A DNA stretch of 61,153 nt, counting the filler. It is 5 parts of 5 records of this genome, joined end to end, with 100 filler letters (N's around TTAATTAATTAA, not from the genome) between each part and the next. Parts side by side here need not be neighbours in the genome. Positions count along the whole stretch, not along the records: positions 1 to 8,642 come from SRR31156797_10405; positions 8,743 to 21,441 come from SRR31156797_10407; 3 more parts are not named here. One strand, 5' to 3'. Positions 1-9,174 of the stretch are shown one piece after another. Numbering within the stretch: position 1 is the stretch's first letter; every line of letters begins with the position of its first letter. The notes below the pieces were generated by a model, which saw only the letters and a list, made by a program, of their open reading frames with translations, searched no databases and had not been told where the DNA came from. The translations under genes were made by a program, and so were the position numbers.

Positions 1-127
1 AATTAAGAGTTTTTAATAGATTAGACTAAATTTATCCCTAAATAATTAAGACAAAATCACTCCTAAACTTTAAACCAAGCTAAATTATAAAATCCACATT
101 ACAAGATTTATCTTTTTTATAAAGCCT

Positions 128-144
128 TTGGAATACCATTTGCA
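128..144 (+). promoter_or_regulatory. sigma54 (-24/-12) promoter
   Basis: TTGGAATACCATTTGCA: GG (130-131) and GC (142-143) exactly 12 bp apart, ~25-40 bp before the start codons at 169/181. Confidence 0.7.
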
Positions 145-168
145 TAGAGTTAACTATAAATAAATATA

Positions 169-1002
169 ATGGATAACTACATGGAAAACATAAAAGAAAA
201 ACTAATCGAAGGAAGCCTTGTACCTTTTATCGGTATGGGTGTGTTTAAACATACAAAAGCAAAAGACGGATCAACTTTACCATTTGACAGTGACTCTATG
301 GTACTAGCTTTAAATAATGGTCGAGCGATGTCTGATAGACTTATGTATGAATATACACGTGCCGCGATGAGTTTAGAGCAAAGAAAAGGTAGAGAGTTTA
401 TTGTACAGATGACAAACCATATATATGCGTCAAAAGAGTACGATATGCCATTTACTTATGAGTTTTTAAAAGAGATTCAACCAAAATATATGGTTGACAC
501 AAACGTAGATGACAGCGGTTGTAAAGTATACGAAGATGTAGAACACTTTATGATAGTTGGTACTTCACGTGTGATGGGTGGATATGATAGATTTATCGTA
601 TATAAATTTGATCTTGCTTCAAAAGAGTATAAAACAATAGAAAAAGATGAACTCAATGATTCAATGCCAATTTTATTTAAACCTATGGGATGTATGATTC
701 CTGAATTGAATTTCATTGTATCTGATGCGGACTTTGTAGATTGGTTAACTGAAGCAATGGGTGGATATGCTCTTCCTCCATTTTTAAAAGGTTATAAACA
801 AGATAAGAGCTATCTATTCTTAGGAGTAGACTTTAGTAGAGATACATATAGAATGGTAGCCAATGAAATTACTCTTGGTCTTGAAACTGGTTTAGTAGTA
901 GATGACAAAGAGGAGCTTTCTAAAAAAGAGAATAAATTTATTACAACTCATAACTTAACTTTAGAATCAAAAGATGTGGATGAGTTTTTAAAAGGACTGT
1001 AA
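169..1002 (+). CDS. SIR2-like (SIR2_2) domain protein, nif-accessory type
   Basis: N-terminal LVPFIGMGV, DTNVD, LFKPMGC...F(I)VSDADFVDWL and C-terminal LFLGVDF segments match the SIR2_2 layout; start may be ATG 181. Confidence 0.7.
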   Translation: MDNYMENIKEKLIEGSLVPFIGMGVFKHTKAKDGSTLPFDSDSMVLALNNGRAMSDRLMYEYTRAAMSLEQRKGREFIVQMTNHIYASKEYDMPFTYEFLKEIQPKYMVDTNVDDSGCKVYEDVEHFMIVGTSRVMGGYDRFIVYKFDLASKEYKTIEKDELNDSMPILFKPMGCMIPELNFIVSDADFVDWLTEAMGGYALPPFLKGYKQDKSYLFLGVDFSRDTYRMVANEITLGLETGLVVDDKEELSKKENKFITTHNLTLESKDVDEFLKGL

Positions 1003-2240
1003 TGGCAAATGATGAACTAATATGTGATTTTTGTGGAAAAGGCGTAAAAGAAGTAAATAAGATGTTTAGTGCAGAAAATGCACACATCTGTGATGAGTGT
1101 ATCGAGACTTGTTCTATGGTGATGCACAAGAGTGAATTAAAAAAAGCAAAGGAAGAGTTTCAAAAAGGACTCTCTGTTCCTACAAAGATCAATGAGCATT
1201 TAGATAACTATGTAATTGGTCAGCAGGATGCAAAAAAAGTGCTTTCAGTTGCTTTATATTCACACTATAAAAGAATCGATAAGCCTATTTTTAGAGATGT
1301 GGAGATTGAAAAATCAAATATCATGCTAGTAGGTCCAACAGGAAGTGGTAAAACACTTTTAGCAAAATCTCTTGCTAGAATCATGGATGTACCATTTGCT
1401 GTAGCTGATGCAACTGCACTTACTGAGGCTGGATATGTTGGTGAAGATGTGGAGTCTATACTCTCTCGTCTTCTTGCAGCTGCTGATTTTGATGTGGAGC
1501 GAGCACAAAAAGGGATCGTATATATTGATGAGATCGATAAGGTTGCCAATAAAAGTGAGAGTGCTACAAGTGGTAGAGATGTAAGTGGTGAGGGGGTTCA
1601 GCAAGGACTTCTAAAGATACTTGAAGGTGGTGAGATCTATGTACCTGTAAAAGGGAGTAGAAAAAACTCTACTGCTGAGACAGTTCTTTTTGATACGACA
1701 CACGTTCTATTTATCTGTGGTGGTGCTTTTGTTGGTCTTGTTGGAGATGCTGAGCAAAAGAAAAAGCATAAGAAAAAAGTGATGGGATTTATGAAAGAAG
1801 AGGGGAAAGCAAATGAAGATGTGATCGAATCAAAAGATCTTATCTCTTATGGTTTAATCCCAGAGTTTATAGGTCGTATCCCTGTTATTGCAACGCTTAA
1901 TGAGCTTACACAAGAGGATCTTATTAAGGTACTTAAAGAGCCTAAAAATGCTATTATTAAACAATACCAAGCACTGTTTGAACTTGATGGTATGGATCTA
2001 GAGTTTACGGATGAAGCGCTTCATGAGATTGCTAGAATGGCAGAAGAAAAAGGTGTAGGTGCTAGAGGTCTTAGAGGGATCATTGAAAATATCATGTTAC
2101 CACTTCAGTATGAATTACCTGCAAAAAATGATATTGAAAAATGTATTATTACAAAAGAGTTTATTGAAGGAAAAGAGGATGTAACTCTTGAACTTATCAA
2201 AAAAACTCCACTAAAAAAGGCTGATAAAGAGAATGGATGA
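1002..2240 (+). CDS. clpX: ATP-dependent Clp protease ATP-binding subunit ClpX (divergent paralog)
   Basis: C4 Zn finger CDFC..CDEC, Walker A GPTGSGKT, GYVGEDVE, Walker B IVYIDEIDK, RDVSGEGVQQ, GARGLR. Confidence 0.93.
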   Translation: MANDELICDFCGKGVKEVNKMFSAENAHICDECIETCSMVMHKSELKKAKEEFQKGLSVPTKINEHLDNYVIGQQDAKKVLSVALYSHYKRIDKPIFRDVEIEKSNIMLVGPTGSGKTLLAKSLARIMDVPFAVADATALTEAGYVGEDVESILSRLLAAADFDVERAQKGIVYIDEIDKVANKSESATSGRDVSGEGVQQGLLKILEGGEIYVPVKGSRKNSTAETVLFDTTHVLFICGGAFVGLVGDAEQKKKHKKKVMGFMKEEGKANEDVIESKDLISYGLIPEFIGRIPVIATLNELTQEDLIKVLKEPKNAIIKQYQALFELDGMDLEFTDEALHEIARMAEEKGVGARGLRGIIENIMLPLQYELPAKNDIEKCIITKEFIEGKEDVTLELIKKTPLKKADKENG

Positions 2241-2583
2241 TCTCTCTACAGTCTATGAGTGGGCAAAAACCTATGAGTTTGATGAGGTAGATTTACACTA
2301 TTGTACCTTACTTGCTTTAAAAATCCTTGATGATGAGTGTAAGATGGATTATGATAACTATAATCTTTTTATGTCAGTTTATGATGGGGTTTGTGATAAA
2401 GTCAATACCCCTTTTGATAAAAAGGTTCATCAAATCATAGCCTTAGCTAGGACAGATGATCCAATCAAGCCTAAAAAAGAGTATAAAGAAGCAATCGGAG
2501 CTTTAAGAGTTGCTATGATGAAAGATATGGATCGACCATCTATGAAAGCTTTTAAACAATTAGTTTGGGACAATCAAGACTAA
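2233..2583 (+). CDS. small helical hypothetical protein
   Basis: 116-aa ORF whose start overlaps the clpX end; codon usage like its neighbours. Confidence 0.7.
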   Translation: MDDLSTVYEWAKTYEFDEVDLHYCTLLALKILDDECKMDYDNYNLFMSVYDGVCDKVNTPFDKKVHQIIALARTDDPIKPKKEYKEAIGALRVAMMKDMDRPSMKAFKQLVWDNQD

Positions 2584-2585
2584 GT

Positions 2586-3182
2586 CTAGTATCCCAACTC
2601 TTCATTTACAATAATAATTGAGATTCTATCTTTATCATCTCCATTTATATAAGTAAATTTATTTGCTATGGTATCAAGATTATGTTTAGGCTCTTTTCCC
2701 ATTTCAATAGCTTTATTATTCATCCTATCTATATTTTTAATGGCAGAAACTTCCATAACTCTTTTAAACCCGTCCTCTAAAGTATCTACAATTTTATTGA
2801 TCCCTACGACCACTAAAACTTTATTTGGTCCAAAAATAAGTGCAGCGACTCTATTGCCACTACCATCCACATTAATCAGTTCACCATTTTTTGTAATAGC
2901 ATTGGTTCCTGTAATATAGAGATCACTTAAGATCCCTTGCTTTCTTCTTTTGATATTTTCATCCATAGAGATACCAGCTTCATATTGATTATATAGAGTA
3001 ATATTTTGATTATTAAGAAGCTCATCCATTAGACCAATCTCTCCAACTGTAACTGAACCACCTAATCCAATACGCATTTCATCTTTAATAAAAGTTTTTG
3101 CTAAGTCTAAGGCTTCTTGTTTTGTTTGGACAAAGTGGGGATCATAGCCACAAGATGTTAGAGTTTCAAGTAGTTGCTTCAT
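2586..3182 (-). CDS. LUD-domain (lactate utilisation LutC-like) protein
   Basis: GLGGSVT, TGTNAITKNGELINVDGSGNRVAALIFGP, GINKIV, EELGY motifs. Confidence 0.85.
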   Translation of the reverse strand: MKQLLETLTSCGYDPHFVQTKQEALDLAKTFIKDEMRIGLGGSVTVGEIGLMDELLNNQNITLYNQYEAGISMDENIKRRKQGILSDLYITGTNAITKNGELINVDGSGNRVAALIFGPNKVLVVVGINKIVDTLEDGFKRVMEVSAIKNIDRMNNKAIEMGKEPKHNLDTIANKFTYINGDDKDRISIIIVNEELGY

Positions 3183-3266
3183 TTGGGATTCCTTGTTGTT
3201 TTTTAGATGATATTTTATGATAAGCCATTATAAAGATAAATAAAATAAGTTATGTAAAATGTTCAT

Positions 3267-3923
3267 TTAACTTTTTGCATAACCATGACTTGGGATATTT
3301 TTTATAAAATCTTTAGGCAATTTTTTTCGAAGGTTTTTGATAAAAAGCCGTAAAGCATTTTGGCTCATCTCTTTCCCATCCCAAATATCAAGCTCTATCT
3401 CTTCATAACTTATGATCCTATTTTGATTGATAAGTTTATCTAAAAAAAGATTCTCTTTTAGGCTAAGGGTATATGAGATATTATCAACTATCGTTTCACT
3501 TTTCTCTTTATCGTAAGTAAATGATTTTGGAGTTTGTAGCTCTAAAAACTCTTCAAATATCTTTATTAGTTTCTCTTCATTTAAAGGTTTTACAATGTAT
3601 TGCATAAGATGTAAAGGGACACTTTGAAGTAAAAGTTCAGTTTCTGTATGGGCTGAGATGATCACTACTGGGATATCTTTGTCTAAAGTTCTTATTTTTT
3701 TAACGAGCTCTATCCCATCTAGTTTTGGCATCTTTATATCAGTGATAATAAGATCAGGTTTATTTGTCTTACATTGGCTTAGTCCATCTTCTCCATCAAC
3801 TGCGATATAGACTTTTTGAAAGAGTAATTCAAAGAACTCTTTAAAATTCTCTCGTATCCCTTTTTCATTTTCAACAAAAAGTAAAGTATAATGTTTTAAA
3901 CTGTTTAATAGACTATTATCCAA
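3267..3923 (-). CDS. OmpR-type response regulator
   Basis: Receiver DLIITDIKMP..ISAH..KP plus wHTH (IKNLRKKL, HGY); TTG start at 3923 has RBS GAGGTG (ORF track starts at 3932). Confidence 0.9.
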   Translation of the reverse strand: MDNSLLNSLKHYTLLFVENEKGIRENFKEFFELLFQKVYIAVDGEDGLSQCKTNKPDLIITDIKMPKLDGIELVKKIRTLDKDIPVVIISAHTETELLLQSVPLHLMQYIVKPLNEEKLIKIFEEFLELQTPKSFTYDKEKSETIVDNISYTLSLKENLFLDKLINQNRIISYEEIELDIWDGKEMSQNALRLFIKNLRKKLPKDFIKNIPSHGYAKS

Positions 3924-3936
3924 AAGGAACACCTCT

Positions 3937-5478
3937 ATGAAAATAATGGGTTATAAAAATATTGCAAGATCAATTATGATCAGTACTATTTTATTAATTT
4001 TATTCAATACTTTATTAATATCTCTTTTTTATTATCAAAATCAGCTCAAAGAATATGAAGAAAATGTGACTGCGTTACGATACGAGCATCTCAATCAGCA
4101 AAAAATATTATTAAAAAAAGATCTCTCTCAACTTATAGATATGATCACTTACAAATATGGAAAAGATATTCAAAAAAATAAAGAGAATATTAAAGGGTTT
4201 TTACAAAGTATCAAGTTTCATAAAAATCAAGGGGATTATGTATTTGTGTATGAACTATTGAAAAAAGAGGGTGGAGATGGTTTTGCTTTAATGGTAGTCA
4301 ACCCAAATCGACCTGATCTTCAAGGACAACTTCTTTCAACCCATTATAAAGATAGCAAAGGGTTTGCTTTTCGTCAAGCTTTTTTAGATGGGATCAATAA
4401 AGATGGAGAGGCTTTTGTACAATATGATTATAAAAAAACCAATGGAACCATAGGGAAAAAGATATCTTACTTTTACTATTTTGAACCACTTCAATGGGTA
4501 GTAGCAAAAGGGATCTATATCGATGATATAAAAAAGCAGATCGAGCTTAAAAGAAAAGATCTTGAACATAGGCTTAATTTTCAGATAAAACAAAATATTT
4601 TTTTCTTTATCTTTTTTTCAATTATAGCGATTATTATCGCGTATATTATAGGGAAAAAGACCCAGCAAGTGATTTTACAAAAAGATAAAAAAGTAAAGCA
4701 GACCACAAAGGCGCTTACGAATCTCAATCGTGAACTTGATAGTAGAGTAAAAAAAGCAGTTGAAAAAAATAAAGAGCAGCAAAAGATCCTTATGCAAAAA
4801 TCAAAATTTATCGCCCTTGGAGAGATGATAAGCCTGATCGCTCATCAATGGAGACAACCAATAAGTGAACTAAACGCGATCATCTTAAATATAAAACTCC
4901 ATCATCGCCTTAGAAAACTTGATGATACTATCATGGAGAATAAAACCAAAGAGATGGAGCATTTATTAGAATATATGTCTACCACTATAGATGACTTTCG
5001 AACCTTTTTTAAACCCAATAAAACCAAAGAGAAGTTTTATTTTTATGAGTCGATCCAAAGGATATATGAGATCATAAAAACAGTTTTTAAAGAGCATCAT
5101 ATAGTGTTAGAGAAAAACATAGATACATCCCTTTATATTATCAGCTATCAAAATGAGTTTGAACAAGTGATTTTAAATCTTTTAAATAATGCAAAAGATG
5201 CACTGATCGCCGATAATATAGAAAAGCCAAAAGTAAAGATAGAAGTACAAAAACACCATGAACATATAGTGATAAAGATCAGTGATAATGCCAATGGGAT
5301 CGATAAAAGTATCGTAGAAAAGATCTTTGATCCATACTTTACAACAAAAGAGGAGAGTGATGGTACTGGAATAGGGCTTTATATGTCTAAGATGATTATT
5401 GAAGAGAATATGGATGGGGTACTTGATGTGCAAAGTTCATCTAGTGGGACTTGTTTTTCTATAACTTTTAAGAGATAA
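3937..5478 (+). CDS. Cache-domain sensor histidine kinase
   Basis: 2 TM flanking a Cache domain (YVFVY..YDYKK..KISY..WVVAKGIY), H-box IAHQWRQP, NNAKDA, DNANG, FTTK, GTGIGL. Confidence 0.92.
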   Translation: MKIMGYKNIARSIMISTILLILFNTLLISLFYYQNQLKEYEENVTALRYEHLNQQKILLKKDLSQLIDMITYKYGKDIQKNKENIKGFLQSIKFHKNQGDYVFVYELLKKEGGDGFALMVVNPNRPDLQGQLLSTHYKDSKGFAFRQAFLDGINKDGEAFVQYDYKKTNGTIGKKISYFYYFEPLQWVVAKGIYIDDIKKQIELKRKDLEHRLNFQIKQNIFFFIFFSIIAIIIAYIIGKKTQQVILQKDKKVKQTTKALTNLNRELDSRVKKAVEKNKEQQKILMQKSKFIALGEMISLIAHQWRQPISELNAIILNIKLHHRLRKLDDTIMENKTKEMEHLLEYMSTTIDDFRTFFKPNKTKEKFYFYESIQRIYEIIKTVFKEHHIVLEKNIDTSLYIISYQNEFEQVILNLLNNAKDALIADNIEKPKVKIEVQKHHEHIVIKISDNANGIDKSIVEKIFDPYFTTKEESDGTGIGLYMSKMIIEENMDGVLDVQSSSSGTCFSITFKR

Positions 5479-6382
5479 ACTGTAAAAATAAACTAATAGT
5501 AAAAAGAGAAAATATGGTTTGAAAAGAGATAATAGAGGAGATCAGTTTTATATCTCCACCTAGCTCTTTTGCTAAAATATATGCTGAGGTTGCAGTGGGG
5601 ATTGAGCCAAAGATCACTAGGATAGAGAGATAGAGATCTTGAAGTCCAAAAAGTTTTCCAAAGGCAAAGAGTATCACTGGTAAAAGGAGTAGTTTTGCAA
5701 AAGAAGAGAGAAAGATCTCTTTTCTCATCTCATAGAGATTTGCAAAATGTAGACCAACTCCTACACTTAAAAGTCCAAGAGGAAGTGCTGCTTGGCTTAA
5801 TATTCCTAGAGAGTTTGTAAGAATAGTTGGAAGGGTGATATCAAAAAAGTTTAACATTCCACCTACTATACATGCAAGTATTAAAGGGTTTCTAAAAATT
5901 GATCGTAAAAAAGAGACTACGGTAACTTTTGAGTCACTAATATAATAAGCAAAGACACTAATACAAAGAAAATTTAAAAGTGGGATGATAAAGGTGATCA
6001 AGATTGCTACAATTATTAAGCCTGTATCTCCGTATAGTGCATCTATTAAAGCTAAAAGTACATAGGTATTAAAGCGGATTCCCCCTTGGAAGATAGAGGT
6101 GAAGCTATCGTTTTTTGCCGGAAAAAATTTATTATAGATGATAAGTAAGACTGAAAGAAAGAGTATGGCTATAGTTGTGACGATAATAAAATCAATGTTT
6201 TCAAGTGAGTCAAATTTGGCACTGGAGAGTTTATAGATCAAAAGTGCTGGAAAAAGTATAAAGTAGTTGACTTTATCAAGTGATTTCCAAAACTCAACAT
6301 TTGGAAAACTTATCCTTTTAAGAATATATCCTAAAAGGATAATTAAAAAGATGGGGATAAGAGTTTCTAATAATATTATCAT
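5468..6382 (-). CDS. AEC (auxin efflux carrier/malate permease) family transporter
   Basis: Hydrophobic; YFILFPALL, IRFNTY, FRNPLILAC, PTATSAYILAKELGGD. Confidence 0.88.
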   Translation of the reverse strand: MIILLETLIPIFLIILLGYILKRISFPNVEFWKSLDKVNYFILFPALLIYKLSSAKFDSLENIDFIIVTTIAILFLSVLLIIYNKFFPAKNDSFTSIFQGGIRFNTYVLLALIDALYGDTGLIIVAILITFIIPLLNFLCISVFAYYISDSKVTVVSFLRSIFRNPLILACIVGGMLNFFDITLPTILTNSLGILSQAALPLGLLSVGVGLHFANLYEMRKEIFLSSFAKLLLLPVILFAFGKLFGLQDLYLSILVIFGSIPTATSAYILAKELGGDIKLISSIISFQTIFSLFTISLFLQFIS

Positions 6383-6407
6383 ATACTCTTATCTCCTTAA
6401 AAATTTT

Positions 6408-7691
6408 TTAGCCCCCATACATAAGATTTGGAAGCCATAGACTTATTTCTGGTATATAAGTGACGAGCAAAAGTCCCACTAAAATAGTCATAGACCATGG
6501 AAGTGCATAGATCACCACATCTTTTAGGCTCTCTCCTGTAATACCACTAGTTACAAAGAGATTGAGCCCGACGGGTGGGGTGATCATCCCAAGCTCCATA
6601 TTTACTACAATGATGATCCCAAAATGTATTGGATCGATTCCAAGAGCAACCGCTACAGGTAAAAGTAGAGGCACCATAATCATAATAATAGCACTTGGTT
6701 CCATAAAGTCCCCTGCAAAAAATAGCAAGATATTTACAAGGATCAAGAACATAATAGCATTTACATTCCATTCAAGCAGTGTATTTGTGATCATTTGAGG
6801 AACATTTTCTATGGTTAGAAAGTGAGCAAAAAGCATAGCATTGGCGATGATAAACATGATCATTGCAGAGGTTTTTGCTGATTCTAAAAAGAGAGTAAAA
6901 AGATTGCTCCATTTAATATCTCTATAGATAAACATAGATACAAAAAATGCCCACACTGCTGCAACTGCTGCTGCTTCAGTTGGAGTAAAGATCCCTCCAT
7001 AGATACCACCGATTACTATTACAATTGTCATCAAGGCCCAAGAAGCATTTCCCATCTTTTTAAGACGAACTTTAAAACTTTCAGGTTCAGTCTTTTCAAA
7101 CCCTAATCGTTTTGCCCCCACATAGGTCACAACCATCATCATAAGACCGATCATAATCCCTGGAACAATTCCAGCCATAAAGAGCTTTCCAATACTTACT
7201 TCTGCTGTTACTCCATATACGATCATAACGATTGAAGGTGGGATCAAGATCCCAAGACTTCCTGCAGTTGCAATAGTCCCAATAGCATATTTTTTAGGGT
7301 ATCCTGCTTCTTGGATCGCTCCAAACATAATAGACCCGATTGCAACAACTGTAGCAGGTGAGCTTCCTGAAACTGCTGCAAAGATGATACTTGCAAAAAT
7401 TGCTGCCATAGGAAGTCCACCAGGGAGGTGTCCTACAATAGATTTTGCAAACTCAATAATACGATGAGCCGAGCTTCCTTTACTTAAAAGCTGTCCAGCT
7501 AAGATAAACATAGGGATCGCCATAAGTGAGTAATGCTCGATCTTTTCAAACATCATGGCACTTACTTCAATTGGATTGATATCTGTAAAGAAAAAAAGTG
7601 TTGCAAAGGTTGAAGCTCCAAGGGCTATAGCGATTGGGGCACCGATAATCAGTAAAAAGAAAAAGAGAAAAAACAATATTCCTACACTCAT
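6408..7691 (-). CDS. dctM: TRAP transporter large permease DctM
   Basis: AIPMFILAG, FAAVSGSSPAT, LGILIPPSI, FTPTEAAAVA, GMITPPVGLNLF. Confidence 0.95.
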   Translation of the reverse strand: MSVGILFFLFFFLLIIGAPIAIALGASTFATLFFFTDINPIEVSAMMFEKIEHYSLMAIPMFILAGQLLSKGSSAHRIIEFAKSIVGHLPGGLPMAAIFASIIFAAVSGSSPATVVAIGSIMFGAIQEAGYPKKYAIGTIATAGSLGILIPPSIVMIVYGVTAEVSIGKLFMAGIVPGIMIGLMMMVVTYVGAKRLGFEKTEPESFKVRLKKMGNASWALMTIVIVIGGIYGGIFTPTEAAAVAAVWAFFVSMFIYRDIKWSNLFTLFLESAKTSAMIMFIIANAMLFAHFLTIENVPQMITNTLLEWNVNAIMFLILVNILLFFAGDFMEPSAIIMIMVPLLLPVAVALGIDPIHFGIIIVVNMELGMITPPVGLNLFVTSGITGESLKDVVIYALPWSMTILVGLLLVTYIPEISLWLPNLMYGG

Positions 7692-8278
7692 AATAAGCCT
7701 CCTGTTTTTCTCTCAACCTCTTTTACAAGCTTTTCATTTTCACCCTCAGCCATCTGTTGAACTATCATCTCTGCTTCACTTTGTTTGACCACATCACAAG
7801 CAGGAGTTTTGATCACTTCATAGATCTTTTCACCCACTCTATAACTTGCAAATAAAAATGATAGAGGGATCACAAGATAGATGATCCACATTGGCATCTC
7901 TAAATCCACTGACATCTCTTCAAGTTCATGAACAAATAAAACATATTGAAGTCCATAATATGCAACAGCAAAGAGAAAAATAAGCGTAATAATATGAGAG
8001 GCAAGCATTAGAGTTTTAGCAGTAATTGGGCTTACTTTTTCTAAAAGAATATTGATACTAATATGGGCATCTTGTTTGAAGCAATAGGCAGCTCCAAAAA
8101 AGATACTCCATAAAAAAAGATATATGGTAAGTTCAGCTGCCCATGTTAAAGAGCTATCAAACACATATCTCGCTACAACATTCCCAAAGGCTAAAGCAAC
8201 ACCAGCACTAATCCCTATAGCTGCAATAGAGCGATTGATAAAGCTAATGGTTTTATCTAGTATTTTAAAAATAATCAT
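7688..8278 (-). CDS. dctQ: TRAP transporter small permease DctQ
   Basis: 4 TM, NVVARY, WAAELTIY, HISIN; overlaps the dctM start. Confidence 0.92.
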   Translation of the reverse strand: MIIFKILDKTISFINRSIAAIGISAGVALAFGNVVARYVFDSSLTWAAELTIYLFLWSIFFGAAYCFKQDAHISINILLEKVSPITAKTLMLASHIITLIFLFAVAYYGLQYVLFVHELEEMSVDLEMPMWIIYLVIPLSFLFASYRVGEKIYEVIKTPACDVVKQSEAEMIVQQMAEGENEKLVKEVERKTGGLL

Positions 8279-8295
8279 AACTTTCCTTTGTTTTT

Positions 8296-8328
8296 TGTAT
8301 AGCTGATCTTTAAAAGATCAGCTATACA
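8296..8328. other. intercistronic hairpin between dctP and dctQ
   Basis: Inverted repeat TGTATAGCTGATCTT-TAA-AAGATCAGCTATACA; no U-tract on the coding strand. Confidence 0.7.
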
Positions 8329-8344
8329 CAACCTAGCATTTATA

Positions 8345-8642
8345 CTATTTTGTATTTAATGCACCCTCGATAAGATCTTTCCCTATCTTCTTTTTATCAT
8401 AAAATTTTGAATAGATTGGACTTACTGCTTTTTTCCATGCTTCAGTTTGCTCTGGGCTCATTGGATGGATCTGTAGTTTTCCAGTTTTTTTAGCATACTC
8501 TTCTATTAACCCTAATTGTTCTTTATCAAGCTCAGCTGCAAGCTCTCTTTCTTTTTCTGTAGCTTCTTTCATCGCTTGTTGTACATTTGCTTGTAAGTCT
8601 TTTGGTAAAGAGTTCCAGAATTTTTTAGACATAACAACTAAG
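8345..8642 (-). CDS. dctP: TRAP substrate-binding protein DctP, 3' part (contig edge)
   Basis: LVVMSKKFWNSLPKDLQ..AMKEA C-terminal DctP signature, upstream of dctQM. Confidence 0.88.
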
Positions 8643-8742
8643 NNNNNNNNNNNNNNNNNNNNNNNNNNNNNNNNNNNNNNNNNNNNTTAATTAATTAANN
8701 NNNNNNNNNNNNNNNNNNNNNNNNNNNNNNNNNNNNNNNNNN
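8643..8742. other. artificial contig spacer
   Basis: N-run + TTAATTAATTAA (stops in all six frames) + N-run. Confidence 0.99.
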
Positions 8743-8985
8743 GTTGAAGCTGAAATTACTTGTAATAAAAATGGAATTCCATTTGATAAAGAAAAACCAT
8801 TTGTAACTAGTGGAATCAGATTAGGAACACCAGCTGTAACTACTAGAGGAATGAAGGAAACTGAAATGGTTATGATTGCTGATCTTATTGTAAGAGTTTT
8901 AGATAATATGGACAATGCAGAAGAGATTGCAAAAGTAAAAGAGGAAGTTCACAAATTAGCTGAAAAATTCCCTCTTTATAAATAA
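8743..8985 (+). CDS. glyA: serine hydroxymethyltransferase, 3' end (contig edge)
   Basis: Translates [35 protein letters not shown]...FPLYK*. Confidence 0.95.
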   Translation, partial: VEAEITCNKNGIPFDKEKPFVTSGIRLGTPAVTTRGMKETEMVMIADLIVRVLDNMDNAEEIAKVKEEVHKLAEKFPLYK

Positions 8986-9008
8986 TTTAAACTAAAAGTT
9001 TTTTCTTT

Positions 9009-9037
9009 AAGACTCTCAATTATTTGGGAGTCTTTTT
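9009..9037 (+). terminator. intrinsic terminator after glyA
   Basis: AAGACTCTCAA-ttat-TTGGGAGTCTT + T-run. Confidence 0.8.
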
Positions 9038-9174
9038 ATATTACTATTTTAGTCGGAAATATTACTAAATTTAGTTAACAAATATACACTTAACTTTACT
9101 TGAGACCATTGATTTATTTCATATTGAGTGATATACTTGTATTGGACTGATATTTTCAGCTAATAGATTAGATT

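Noticed and set aside
169-1002. SIR2 protein as anti-phage defence (Thoeris/DSR/Sir2-HerA)
   Set aside because: No recognisable defence partner, catalytic His position is Met, and the context is a sigma54 promoter and ClpX
8643-8742. Repeated TTAATTAATTAA within N-runs (four copies in the window)
   Set aside because: Artificial concatenation linker, not a biological repeat; links across spacers are not meaningful
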